Assembly: GCA_051294375.1 (NCBI GenBank)
Contig: CM119265.1
Span: 23,304,776-23,368,775 of the forward strand
Reading direction: 5' to 3'
Origin: Paraspadella gotoi
Lineage: Eukaryota; Animalia; Chaetognatha
Length of the DNA stretch: 64,000 nucleotides
Part shown: piece after piece, positions 1 through 10,896 of the stretch
Layout of the letters: every line of letters begins with the position of its first letter
Numbering within the stretch: the first letter of the stretch is position 1
Notes under the pieces: model-generated
What the model was told of the DNA's origin: nothing
Databases searched by the model: none
What the model saw: the letters and a program-made list of their open reading frames with translations, nothing else
Translations under genes and position numbers: made by a program

Positions 1-38
<38 letters not shown>
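1..38. repeat. (TC)n microsatellite
   Basis: Perfect dinucleotide run at window start. Confidence 0.97.
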
Positions 39-41
<3 letters not shown>

Positions 42-379
42 TCGGAGCCCTACTCCTTCACAGTTAACTTCTCAATCAACGATCATTCAAATCAACTCGT
101 CTTTCCGTCTAATATTTGCTAATAATTGTTCATCCCCACGAAACTGTGTATTCTTGTCATATTCATAATCGATTTTTAATCATGTCGTATTTTCTCATAC
201 TTTCTCTATGATATTAATTTCTCCGCCAACCGCTAGGCGTCCCCGTCGAATCCACTGCTCAGGAGGCGAGAAGGAAGCGGAGGCGAAGCTCGGATCACGG
301 GGCCGAACCGGAGCATTGGCTCTGTCTCGCTAGACTCTCCTTTGTCATCGGCCTCATGGGACTCTTTCTGCCGCGTAGG

Positions 380-486
380 AAGTTGTTGTTGGTTGTTGTT
401 GTTGTTGTTGCTGTTGTTGTTGTTTTGTGTGTTTTTTTTGGGGGGGGGTTTGGTTTGTTGTTTTTTTTTTCGTTGATAATGATGAC

Positions 487-549
<63 letters not shown>

Positions 550-550
550 A
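380..550. repeat. (GTT)n and (GAT)n microsatellites
   Basis: Trinucleotide runs; they explain the poly-V/M/I ORFs. Confidence 0.95.
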
Positions 551-790
551 AGTGATGAGTGATGATCAGTGAGCTCGGTAACCCTTAACCGACCTTGACT
601 TGACACCTAATGATTCTCTTTGATTTGTTTATCGCCACGAAGACAAATCACGAAATTCCAATTAGCTTTTCCGCTCATCTGTCAGTCGGATGGGTGCTTG
701 GTATCGCCGCTTGGTGCAAAGCTTGTCAGTCGCAGAGGCAGTGGAAGAATTACGAGAACGACAAGTCCAGTCAATCAGGGAAGTGCGCGA

Positions 791-890
<100 letters not shown>

Positions 891-2597
891 AAGAGCGAGC
901 GAGCGATAGCGAGAGAACCGCTATATCTATATTATAGTATTTCGAAATTCTCTCATAATTGGGAATCTCATTAAAATCGTAACTCGATCGTCATTTCAGA
1001 TCTCTGGCGATTTCCGCGATTTTCTTCGGTTTTGTTTGCCTTCTCGGAGCAATCGCCGTCATAATCTTTATCCTTTACGACAGGGTAAGAAAGAAATTTG
1101 GTTCATTTATTTGTTATTACGTATTTGTTATCAAATAATAACTGTAAGAGTTTTCTTGTAATTTCACTGACAGGAAGACGCAGAATATATTGGCCATTCT
1201 ATTTCGGACAGTTTGGGCCGATAAAGGAAGAGTTAGCGGTTGACCTTTTGTCACTTTTGTCTAGTTCCAAAGTTCAACGTCAGAGGTAGGAAGGTTCGAC
1301 TCGAGGCAGTGAAGAAAAATAACAAAAAAGAACAGTCTTGAATTAAACTTTGTATGGATTCTTTCAGAAATGTTGTGTCACAAAGAAAAGTCTATGGTTT
1401 AATTGATTTTATATTAACTACTTATAGTTAAAGGGGAGCAACAAAAGCTAACAGCTTTGATTTCAAATAAAACGTTAGTCTACGTAATAACGACGTATTT
1501 GCATTAATTCAAAACAATTATATAACGAGTTAATAAAAGAAGAGACAAATTATATAACGAGTTAATAAAAGAAAAGACAAATCGATGTTATAATGTGTAC
1601 GTATAATAACTGGAGTTACTTCTTTGCTTATTTTTTTTTAATTATAGTTTTTCTGAGAATATGAAAAGAGAGAGGGGGGGGGGACAGTTGACGACTGAGG
1701 CTTCACAGCTTTCCGTGAAAATGATCTTTATGACTTAGGTCATATTTATGACTAAGGTCTATTCGAGTCGCCAGAAAACAATATCCATTACCCTAAAGCT
1801 ACATTTTCGCGCTTCTCTTCCATTTTTGGTAAAGGATAAAATAGGAAAAAGGATTGAAAAAAATGTGATCCTCTGTGAACGGTTTGGAGGCTTCAATACG
1901 ATTTGTCTCACGTGACTTAGGAAAAGAAGGAAGGAAATCGTTGATCAGTGAGGACCGAGGTTCTCAGCTCCTGGCTTATCTTTTGTTTCATGGGTCAGTT
2001 TACAATTTTCACAAGTAGTTTATTGAAGTTTAAAACAGGTAGCATTAACATTAACAATAATTTTAACATAAGACTTTCTGTAACAAGTTAACAACTACTG
2101 AGATTGCGGTCCCCTTTTTATATTTTCTGGCCTTCAGGGGGTCTTTCAATAATTTTCTTTCACTCTTTCTTTCTCGAGTTATTACGACCGAAACATTTTT
2201 TTCTTTCTCTGCCTTTTCTCAAACCGCAGTTGTCAGTCGTAAATGTCTCTCTCTCCAGTCGAGATTTTAAGTTCCCCCTTTCCCGCTCTGTTCCCTTTTC
2301 AGGAAACGGAATGCATTGCCTTTTTTTTCAGACGATGCTGGAGTCTTTTCAGAGAATTGTTTTTGACTGATGATTTGTAACATTTTGCCAATTTTTTTTT
2401 TATCTTCTTTTAATGATGTAATCCATAATATGGTAATTGTTATTTCTCCGTGCTAATCGTAATTTTTAACTTACCGACTTACATTTAGATCGTATTATAT
2501 TAAGTATTCAATTATTTTTCGTTAAAAGATTTCCCCGCTCGTCTGTTAAAATGTCAACCGATCCACAGGCCCATCATTTTCGCCCAAGATTTTGTTA

Positions 2598-2644
<47 letters not shown>

Positions 2645-2684
2645 CTCTCTCTCTCTCTCTCACACGTCTCTCTTTCTCTGCCCA

Positions 2685-3475
2685 GTTTTTAGTCCGAACT
2701 CCTTATTACATATCCCGACTCTATAATCCACTTTGTCGGTCCGTCGGTCCGCCCAATCAATCTTGTCGGGCATTAACTTATATCATGTCAAAACATCGAA
2801 TTATGATAAATTATGCAAAAAAAAATTATTATGTCTGTCTTTCTGTCTGTCTGTCTTTCCGTCCGTCCCTCTTGTCGTCCGTCCCCCTTAGCAAAAAACT
2901 CAAATTACTCGTGAATGGATGATTGGAATGATATTTTTGGTGTGGGTCGGGAAGTGTGTTTATTGAGTTGGATATAAAGTTTCGATGGAATCGTCTGAGT
3001 GGAAATGAGTTTAAATGGAAAAAAAAAAAATTATATATCACTATTTGAACCCCATGTACTCATGAGATGGGGCGATTGACTTAAATTTTTTTATCTAGGT
3101 AGGAAAGTGTGTGATTAAGCTGGAAATTATGTTTTGTTGGAATCGTTTGAGTGGAAATAAGTTTAAATGGGAAAAAAAAACTAATTGATTATGCTTCTTT
3201 TTCCTTTTATATTAAATGTAAATGCAAGATGTATTAATTAATCAAATAATTAATCAGATAATTAATCAATTATTCAATTAATTAATTAATCAATAATTAA
3301 TCAGTCATTTAATAAATCAATTTATTATTTAATAAATCGTTTTTTTATCTATTGATTAATCAATCAATCAATTTATTTCGGCTCAAATTAATTACTTAAT
3401 TAATTGAATTAATTAATAAATTCATTAATTACCGCTAATGACCGTGGGCAGATCCGACATTGTTTGCTCAAATTG
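2685..3475 (-). mobile_element. Non-autonomous Helentron/DINE-1-like (HINE) element
   Basis: Inverted homolog of the ends of 41004-43637; GTCC/GTCT microsatellite; sub-terminal motif GCAGATCCGAC at ~3448; no ORF. Confidence 0.6.
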
Positions 3476-4399
3476 GTTCCCCTTGTTCTAGTTTCTTCTA
3501 AAAGAAAGTCCGAGTCGGTTTCATTCAAGCTCCAAGACCATGTGCACAGTGTGACTGCGAATAAATTATTTATCAGTTTCCTTATGTAATGTGGATTAAA
3601 AATTACGAAATAAAAAAAACTGTTGATTAAAAATAAATCTAAATGTGAATTTTCTACCATTTATTTTTCTTACGTTCTAATTTTCGAACTTTGAACGAGT
3701 AAAAAAGTAAAAGGATCAAAACTTTGCTACAATCGTGTTAAACGAACTCAAGTGAAAACTGAAAAAAAAAATGATGATAAAAAATAAATAACGACGAACT
3801 ATCGTAAGTACGAAACCTCGAAAACAGATTTCAAGAAATCGGGAAAAAAAGGATTAAATGTGAGCAAATCGTCAAGCGGTAAGATCAATTGTGTTGCTCG
3901 TGGATTCGGGGTAAGTTCATTCACATTCATTGTCATCTCAAAAATTTCGACAAATGTACCGAAATTAGCAATGAATTAGCCAATAGCCATATTATAAATC
4001 TTAGTTCCGTTATATAGTATAATCGCAGTTGAAAACTATTAACTAACGAAATTCAGTTCGTTATTGCAAGCGCGCGAGATATTTTTTTCATTCTTATAAT
4101 CGAATGCTTTGCACCAGTTGTGATTACACGTTTATTGTATAATGTGTAATGTACTTTGTCGGCCTTTCGGTCCCTTTTTTTTAACTGATTTTCGGAGCGT
4201 TAAGATTCACTTTAATGAATTTGTATTATATTTTAACTTGACGATAAAACTGTAAACACGGACAAAACTGACAATCCGTCACCGCTTTACCGGGCTTTGT
4301 CAGTCCTGCAGCAGATTCAGGCCGGAGATCAGTTCTGGTCTGGAGGCCGGGCAAAGTGGGTGGTAGGGGGTCGGGCAAAGTTGCAGATGGTCGGGGGTG

Positions 4400-4430
<31 letters not shown>

Positions 4431-4633
4431 TATGAATTAGGGAGTGAGCGATAGAGAGCAGGGGGCTAAGAATAGAGAGAGATAGAAGGCGTTGGATGTA
4501 GAAAGCGAGAGAAAAAAGAGAAAAGAAGAGAAAAGAAGAGAAAAGAAAAGAAGAGAAAAGAAGAGAAAAGGCGGGAAAAATTGTGAAATCGTAGAGTCGA
4601 TGAGAGGCAAAAAAAAGGGTAGCAGGGTATGAT

Positions 4634-5027
4634 TGTAACAGATTGAGAGAGGGAGGGAGTTCCAAAAGGAGGAACGGAGATGGAAAGAGGAAAAGGCGGG
4701 ACGCCAGCCGCGTCGCGCGAGAGTCGCTCGCCGCTTTTCGGACGAAAAAGGAGAAGGAGATAGAGACAGGGAAATAGAAGGAGGAGAAGATATAAAAGGT
4801 GAAGGAAAAAGGAGAGCGACAGTAAAAAGTAAGAGGAAGTAAGCAGTAAAAGAGAGAAAAGTCGTAGACCACCATGCTGTAAAAATATTCTTTTTTGTAT
4901 TATCTACTTGAAATAAAAGAATAAACAAATAAACTCAAAACTACCTTCTTTCTTCTAAAAACTTTTCACGTTGGAACCAAACGGTTCACTTCGAGCTAGC
5001 GAGTTGTTTGTAGCGTTAGATGCTACA
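4634..5027 (+). mobile_element. Solo LTR of the main Ty3/Gypsy family
   Basis: Starts TGTAACAG, ends GATGCTACA; flanked by 4-bp TSD TGAT (4630-4633 and 5028-5031); internal TATAAAA and AATAAA. Confidence 0.92.
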
Positions 5028-5899
5028 TGATAGAATCGGGGGGTAAGAGGAAAAGAGAGGAACTTCTTCAGGCAACCGTAATCAAACAGACGTTTGGCGC
5101 CGGCGTGACGAGATGCACACCAAGAATGAAGAGTAGGAACTGAATCCAACCGGAACGGCCACCACTTGTAGCCTAATAGCAGTTATAAGCCTTTCGGTAG
5201 CGGCTTGCGAGTCACTTTCTATCTTCCTTTTGCCAAGATTCTTTTAAATTTTTTCAGTTTTCAATTTGAGTTTCTTTAGTTTATGAGTTCACAGACAGAA
5301 ATTAGACGATTTTAGATTTAAATTTTAACTACGGATCATAAATTTCAGAAAACGCCGGTTGTGAATGGACCGTGAAAGGCTCTTTTTTTTTGAGAGGGTG
5401 GGGAACATCCTAAAGAGTCGAAAACATCACGTGACCACAGGATGGGAGAAGATGAGAGAGAAGTAAGCGGCAAGACGAAGAGTAGGAAAGGACGAAAGGG
5501 GAAAATTTCACATTACTATTAGAATAATTTACTACATTTATTCATTGTCATTGTTTGTTAGTTTTTTTTTTCAATATCAAAGAGAAAGCTATAACTATAA
5601 CGAGAAGGAATGTAATAATATTCAAAATCTCAAGGGAAATTGTTGACCCCTGGGAGCTCGGGGCTGCCATCCGCCTTCCGCCCCTCCCGCCGCTTCCCCT
5701 TGGTCTCTCTCGTGTTCGCGCCCGTCCACTTTGTCTGGAAAAGGTTGGGAGCGTGGGTTAGAGTGGACAGAGGCCGGGTTAGTGTGGTCAAGGGGGAGAT
5801 CGAGATCGGAATCAGGTGAGCGAGATCTGAGGTCTCTTTCAGAGGAGAGGGAGGCCTCGCTGGATCGTTTAGTAATCTTCTAAGAACCGAGGCCTCCAA

Positions 5900-6560
5900 T
5901 TCAATCTCTTCTTCCTTCTGAACGAGCTGAGCATTCTCTTGAACGGTTTCTGTGTCGAAAGTTATTAAAAACGGTTGCTTATAAAACACCTTGTAACATT
6001 CAAACCATTTAATTGTGCCCGGTTTGGGCATGACCACCGTCTGAGGAGAGACCAGATTGTAACAAGCGACTTCATGGTTTCTTAATTGATCTTTAAACCT
6101 GTAAGGGGTTAGATAATTTCGATAATAAAATAATCTTGAGTTATTGGCGCTATTAGTGGAACCAAACAATTGAGAAATGTCTCTGATCAAAACAAAATGT
6201 TGCGAATTGCCGTTTCTTAATAGTAAAAGATCGACGGTACGAATTCCATCCTCGAACCACCTGCTCTTAGAAACTCTAAGAGGGTAAAACCATTTTCGCT
6301 TCCTAATCAACCTTAGTTTCTCTTTCCTTGCTCGAATCGAACGTCTTGGGTGGGTTCGTCGTCGTCTTCATCTCCATCCGCGTTTTGGGCAGGAAAATAA
6401 TTTCGTTCTCGGCGACATCGTCGTTCTCTTCCTCGTCAATAGCGAAAACATTGACAGCCAAAGAAGGATTCAGATTTTCCAACTTGTTCAAGTCTCTCAC
6501 CCAGAGTATTTATTCCGTCTAAATATTTATAATAGGCCGAAGGTCGGTTGGGATTACTAC
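5900..6560 (-). pseudogene. Maverick/Polinton-type protein-primed DNA polymerase B, N-terminal fragment (frameshifted)
   Basis: Motif series LENLNPSLAVNVF...FYPLRVS...VDLLLL...HFVLIRDISQLF...LRNHEVAC...MPKP...QPFLITFDTE, typical of the region before the pPolB exonuclease; split over ORFs 6303-6500 and 5630-6310. Confidence 0.75.
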
Positions 6561-6562
6561 AA

Positions 6563-6880
6563 ACTGGAACTTGTCCGCGCCTTACCAGGCTTTCACTGTT
6601 GGTCGGAGACTGAGTTACACGGCAGGAGATATTCGGCAGCTGATGGGGGCGGTGATGGAAGAACTCAACATTCAACAACCGATCAGAGGCAAGTGATGTG
6701 GCATTGGTGGAGGAGCTGGTCGATGAGGTGGCAAGCAAGCCGGCTGGGGCTTCCGCAGAGAGCGAGGAGGAGGGAGCAGCAGGAGGAGTGCCGGCAGCTC
6801 AGGGTACATCAGGGCACCCGGTGGCTGCGGTGGAGGTTCCGGTCGCCGCTGGAGGGAGCAGCACAACGCTCGTCCCCTTT
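6563..6880 (+). mobile_element. Fragment of the Gypsy post-PBS/gag 5' region
   Basis: Aligns by eye with ~16525-16850 (TTACCAGGCTTTCACTGTT, GTCGCCGCTGGAGGGAGCAG). Confidence 0.7.
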
Positions 6881-6944
6881 TCCCTTACCACTAAATCGAG
6901 CTAACTCTTTAAGTAACTGAGACTAAACAAAATAAGGAGACGAG

Positions 6945-7240
6945 ATTTTTAAGCTGAAAATTAATTTTTTATATTAAATATAGTTTTTTAAATTTTTAAC
7001 CCACTTAATGAAAGAATTTTTAAAATGATTTATATTTTTTTTTATCAACTTTTGACAAGGAATTCAAATCTGCAATCAAAATTAAGAAAAGCCTATTTTG
7101 AAATTTTTCGATTTTATAAGAATAGTACTATATATAAATATAGCCTACTGCGAAAATTAAAAAATATAAAATTAATTTTTTTTACAAATTAATGTTCACT
7201 GATGGTATGTTGTTCATAATTGACTTTTAGAATTTTATGA
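6945..7240. repeat. AT-rich dispersed repeat (MITE-like arm)
   Basis: Direct homolog of 43645-43942 and inverted homolog of ~40760-41000. Confidence 0.65.
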
Positions 7241-8407
7241 NNNNNNNNNNNNNNNNNNNNNNNNNNNNNNNNNNNNNNNNNNNNNNNNNNNNNNNNNNNN
7301 NNNNNNNNNNNNNNNNNNNNNNNNNNNNNNNNNNNNNNNNNNNNNNNNNNNNNNNNNNNNNNNNNNNNNNNNNNNNNNNNNNNNNNNNNNNNNNNNNNNN
7401 NNNNNNNNNNNNNNNNNNNNNNNNNNNNNNNNNNNNNNNNNNNNNNNNNNNNNNNNNNNNNNNNNNNNNNNNNNNNNNTACCTAGAAAGCAGATAATAAT
7501 TCGACATTTTTTTCTCAAAAAAAACCTCTACGTCAATGTTTATTATGGCGTAGATATGAAGAATTATTAAACACAGGAAACAGTCAATGACATAATCGAA
7601 ATAACATAATCAAAATCAATAATCAATAACAATCAAAAAGTAACAATGTCAAACAATACATGGTGACAATTTTACAAGCGCCGGTAGAAATACGCTGTCA
7701 TTTGCAAACAAGTGGTTATTTCATTGATTTTAAAAATTAATTGAGTAGAACATATTAAAGTCATTTGTGTTAAAATTTTATAGTGGTCAGTTAAGATATG
7801 CCTGGGCAATGAGTGGAGAAAGTTGGCTTGTAAAATCGGGTTTCATTTTCTAACTCACTTTTTTAGATTCAATTTTTTTTCTTACTTTCAGTAAGTTTTC
7901 TGAAGAAATTTAAAATAATAATAATAATATTATCTTGAAAGCCTTTCAAATCTAAAGAGAATGACATACTTGCAAATACCGTAGTATAAAATTTAACCGG
8001 CCCAGCTTTAATTTAAGTAGGATACTCAAAAACAAGACATCTTTCCAAAAATCAATAGCTGGAGGGTAAATTTAAGATTTTTATCAAATTGTGATGGCTA
8101 TCTTAAATCTCCTTTTTTCAGGCTTTTCATGATACTTATATAAATAATAATATTTTATGTTATATAATTTAATCAGTCATATATTTTAAAAAAAGATTTG
8201 AAGTTTTAGATAATTAACTTTTAACTCTCTTAATTGAACCAAGGCTGGGCAGCTTAATTTTTATGTTAAAGCTTTCGTAAGTATATCATTCTCTTCATTT
8301 TTTAAGGGCTTTCTGAGGATATTAATATTGTTAATATCTTAATAAATACTTGTTTAAAAAAGAGCTAACCTTACTCAGGAGAAATATAAAGCTGTATCTA
8401 GAGGAGA

Positions 8408-8838
8408 ATGGGATTGGGAAAAACTCATTTGGTAGAGCATCACATTGAAATGGACAAGACCAAACCAGGTCATGAGGCTATTGTCGACCCTCCTTGACGT
8501 TATCCTCTAGAAAAACAAAAGGCTATCAGAGAACATATTGAAAAACTTAGAGAGAACAATATAATTGAGGCCTGTAAAAGTAGCCATCGCGCTTTTCCCG
8601 TCTTGGCGAGCAAGCGGAAAAAGGATGGGACTTTGGAAAAAAATGCCCGTATGGCTATAGATTACAGAAAATTAAATAGTTATACGATTCCAGTGTCCGC
8701 TTTAATACCAAATATGGCGGATGTTTATCATGAGTGTTTCAGGAATGGAAACCGTTGTTTTCATCTATCGACCTCACAAGTGCATTTTTCAATGTGGTTT
8801 TGGATTTAGAATTTTCATATGTAACTTTCACTACGCCT
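8408..8838 (+). pseudogene. pol: Ty3/Gypsy reverse transcriptase N-terminal fragment
   Basis: GLGKTHLVEHHIE...RYP...NIIEAC...RMAIDYRKLNSYT...FSSIDLTSAFFNV...FTTP, with a stop and a frameshift. Confidence 0.88.
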
Positions 8839-9168
8839 TACTATACATATATACATTTAAGAGAAAGAGCCGCGGCCGTGCCCGCGCGGCCAACTCGACC
8901 CGCCGTGGCCGCCATTTCCGCGACCATGCCCCCGCGTGTCACCGCGCGCCCCACCTCCACCGAGGCGGTGCACGCATGTCGGGTTATTAACATCCCCGGC
9001 GATGCCGCACGGAGTTGGATAGAGGTGGGCGTCGGCGCATGGAGACGGCCGTGGCCGCCATCTGGGCACCATTGTAGCCATAGGGCGGCGCGTGATGCTG
9101 CTCTTCCAGCTGATCGCGGCTATGACCCTGCCCCCGCGGCGCAGCGTGATGATGGCGCCCCCCTTTAC

Positions 9169-9432
9169 TTACACTGGACGTTGGAGAGGTAGACGCCCGT
9201 CGCCTGCCCACACGGTGCCGGGTGCGGGCAGGTCGCCGACGTAAATTCGGGAGGGCGTGGCCGCCCCAACAACTGCCTCGGGGACAATCTCAGAGGCGCC
9301 ACCTCCGGCGACGACGAGGACCTGCTCGCCGGGATTAACAATCCGGTAGTAGCGCAGGTCTCCCGCCGCCGCTGCTCCGTCTGAGACCGCCGAGGCGGGC
9401 CCAGTATAAGTGGAGCTGCCGACGGACTCCAT
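9169..9432 (-). CDS. Orphan antisense ORF/exon inside the retroelement
   Basis: GC-rich ORF MESVGSS...RIYVGD...DGRLPLQRP; peptide resembles 37402-37560 (RIYAG...DGLHPSQRP). Confidence 0.45.
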   Translation of the reverse strand: MESVGSSTYTGPASAVSDGAAAAGDLRYYRIVNPGEQVLVVAGGGASEIVPEAVVGAATPSRIYVGDLPAPGTVWAGDGRLPLQRPV

Positions 9433-10404
9433 GGTGCTAAAATAAAGAAATTTTTTTTGATAACAAAAAAGGCGAAAATTGGTTAAAAAAAAATCATATA
9501 TAACTTTGGTCACCCCTCAAAAAATTATCCATTCCCACCCCTTTCTGTTCAGCCTCTTAGATATTATGATTTTTCATTAATGACTTTCTAACAGAAATGA
9601 TGTGTGATATCTATTAGAAAACTAGGACAGATAGTAATCTAACCTTGTGTTGTATAGATGCTCCCTCTATTTCCAGAAGACAACACTGACTTCCCCTTCC
9701 CAAATTGAATTATTAGATAAATAAAACATTTTTAAGAAAGAAAGCAATATATATTTGATTAAATAATAAGATTAAATACTAAATCCTTCATAAAATATAA
9801 AAATAGAAAATAGTGAAACAAGTAATTTGCAAATTTTCATAAACAAAAGTCAAAAGATTTTTGAAACCGAAAAAAAAAAGAAAAAAGAAAAAAATATACA
9901 ATTGTTATTACAATTACAAAAAAACACTTAAGCAAAATGATAGTGATAATTAACATATCAAAATAAACAAATAAAACTGATAACAATAGAAACTTGAGCA
10001 AAATAAAAGGGGGAAAGAAGAAGATGAAGGAAATATAAAAATGATCACACACCTGGAGATCAGGGCCTGCACCATCCGGCACAAGTCCGGGTAGGTGAGG
10101 CCCGATACAGACTGCGACGCCAGGGTCGCAGACCGGATGAGGGCCCAGACGCCGCGGGTAAGATAAGGCAGGCCCGCGTCGGTTATCCGGCCGAGCAACT
10201 CGGCGTGGATGATCTCCCGAAGGAGATCAAAGTTTCCTGGGGCACCCCCGGCGGATGGAGCCAATGCCCTGCAGTTCCCGATTGCAGGGGGACGGGCACT
10301 GCCCGTGCGGCGCCGGTGCAATGCCTTTCGGCGCCGTGTCCCTTGTTGGGATTCTCATTCTCATATAAATTATAAATATACAAAGAATTGTTCCAGGCTC
10401 TTAC

Positions 10405-10896
10405 CGAAAGAAACTCGGAGCGTGTCGGTGGGGACGGTTGCGGACCCTGACGTGCGGCCGCGGTGATCGGGAGAGCAGAGAGGGCATGGCTCCCGACGCC
10501 CTCCGTCGTTTCAAAGGTGTTGAGAGGAGGCGGGGGGTGGTTCGTCGTCATCGTCGGCGCCTCGGTCCGCGTTGTTTCCATCATCGGCGTCTCCACCCGT
10601 TTTACCTCCGTCTTCGTCGCCTCCGTCGTCGTCGAGATGGTCGTCGTCATCGAGATGTTCGTCGTCGTCGTCGAGTAGGTCGTTGTCAGCAAGACAGTCG
10701 TCCCCGTCGAAGCGGTCGTCGGAGTAGTGAGGGGATCGACGAGGATGATGTGTAAGTCATATTCCCATCCCCTCACTGGACAAAAAAATGAAAGAGAAAA
10801 ACAAAAAATAATAAAAAATCGATGAAATAAAGTAGGCCATGGTAATAGGTTTGCAGATGACTAAGAACAAATTCTACCTCTTCTGTTTGTTGTCAT
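10405..10896 (-). CDS. Antisense ORF2 (Thr-rich, spliced): exons 10896-10878 and 10775-10405
   Basis: ATG overlaps the ORF1 stop (ATGA); a GT-AG intron joins MTTNRR to V-RGWEYDLHIILVDP plus a Thr-rich tract in frame; GTAAGA donor at 10404; similar layout at ~26, ~46 and ~48 kb. Confidence 0.55.

Noticed and set aside
4300-4928. Hydrophobic F/S/L-rich minus-strand ORFs (also 13780-14279, 17363-17811, 39652-39983, 51018-51655)
   Set aside because: Reverse translations of purine-rich LTR sequence; frames and starts are not conserved between copies
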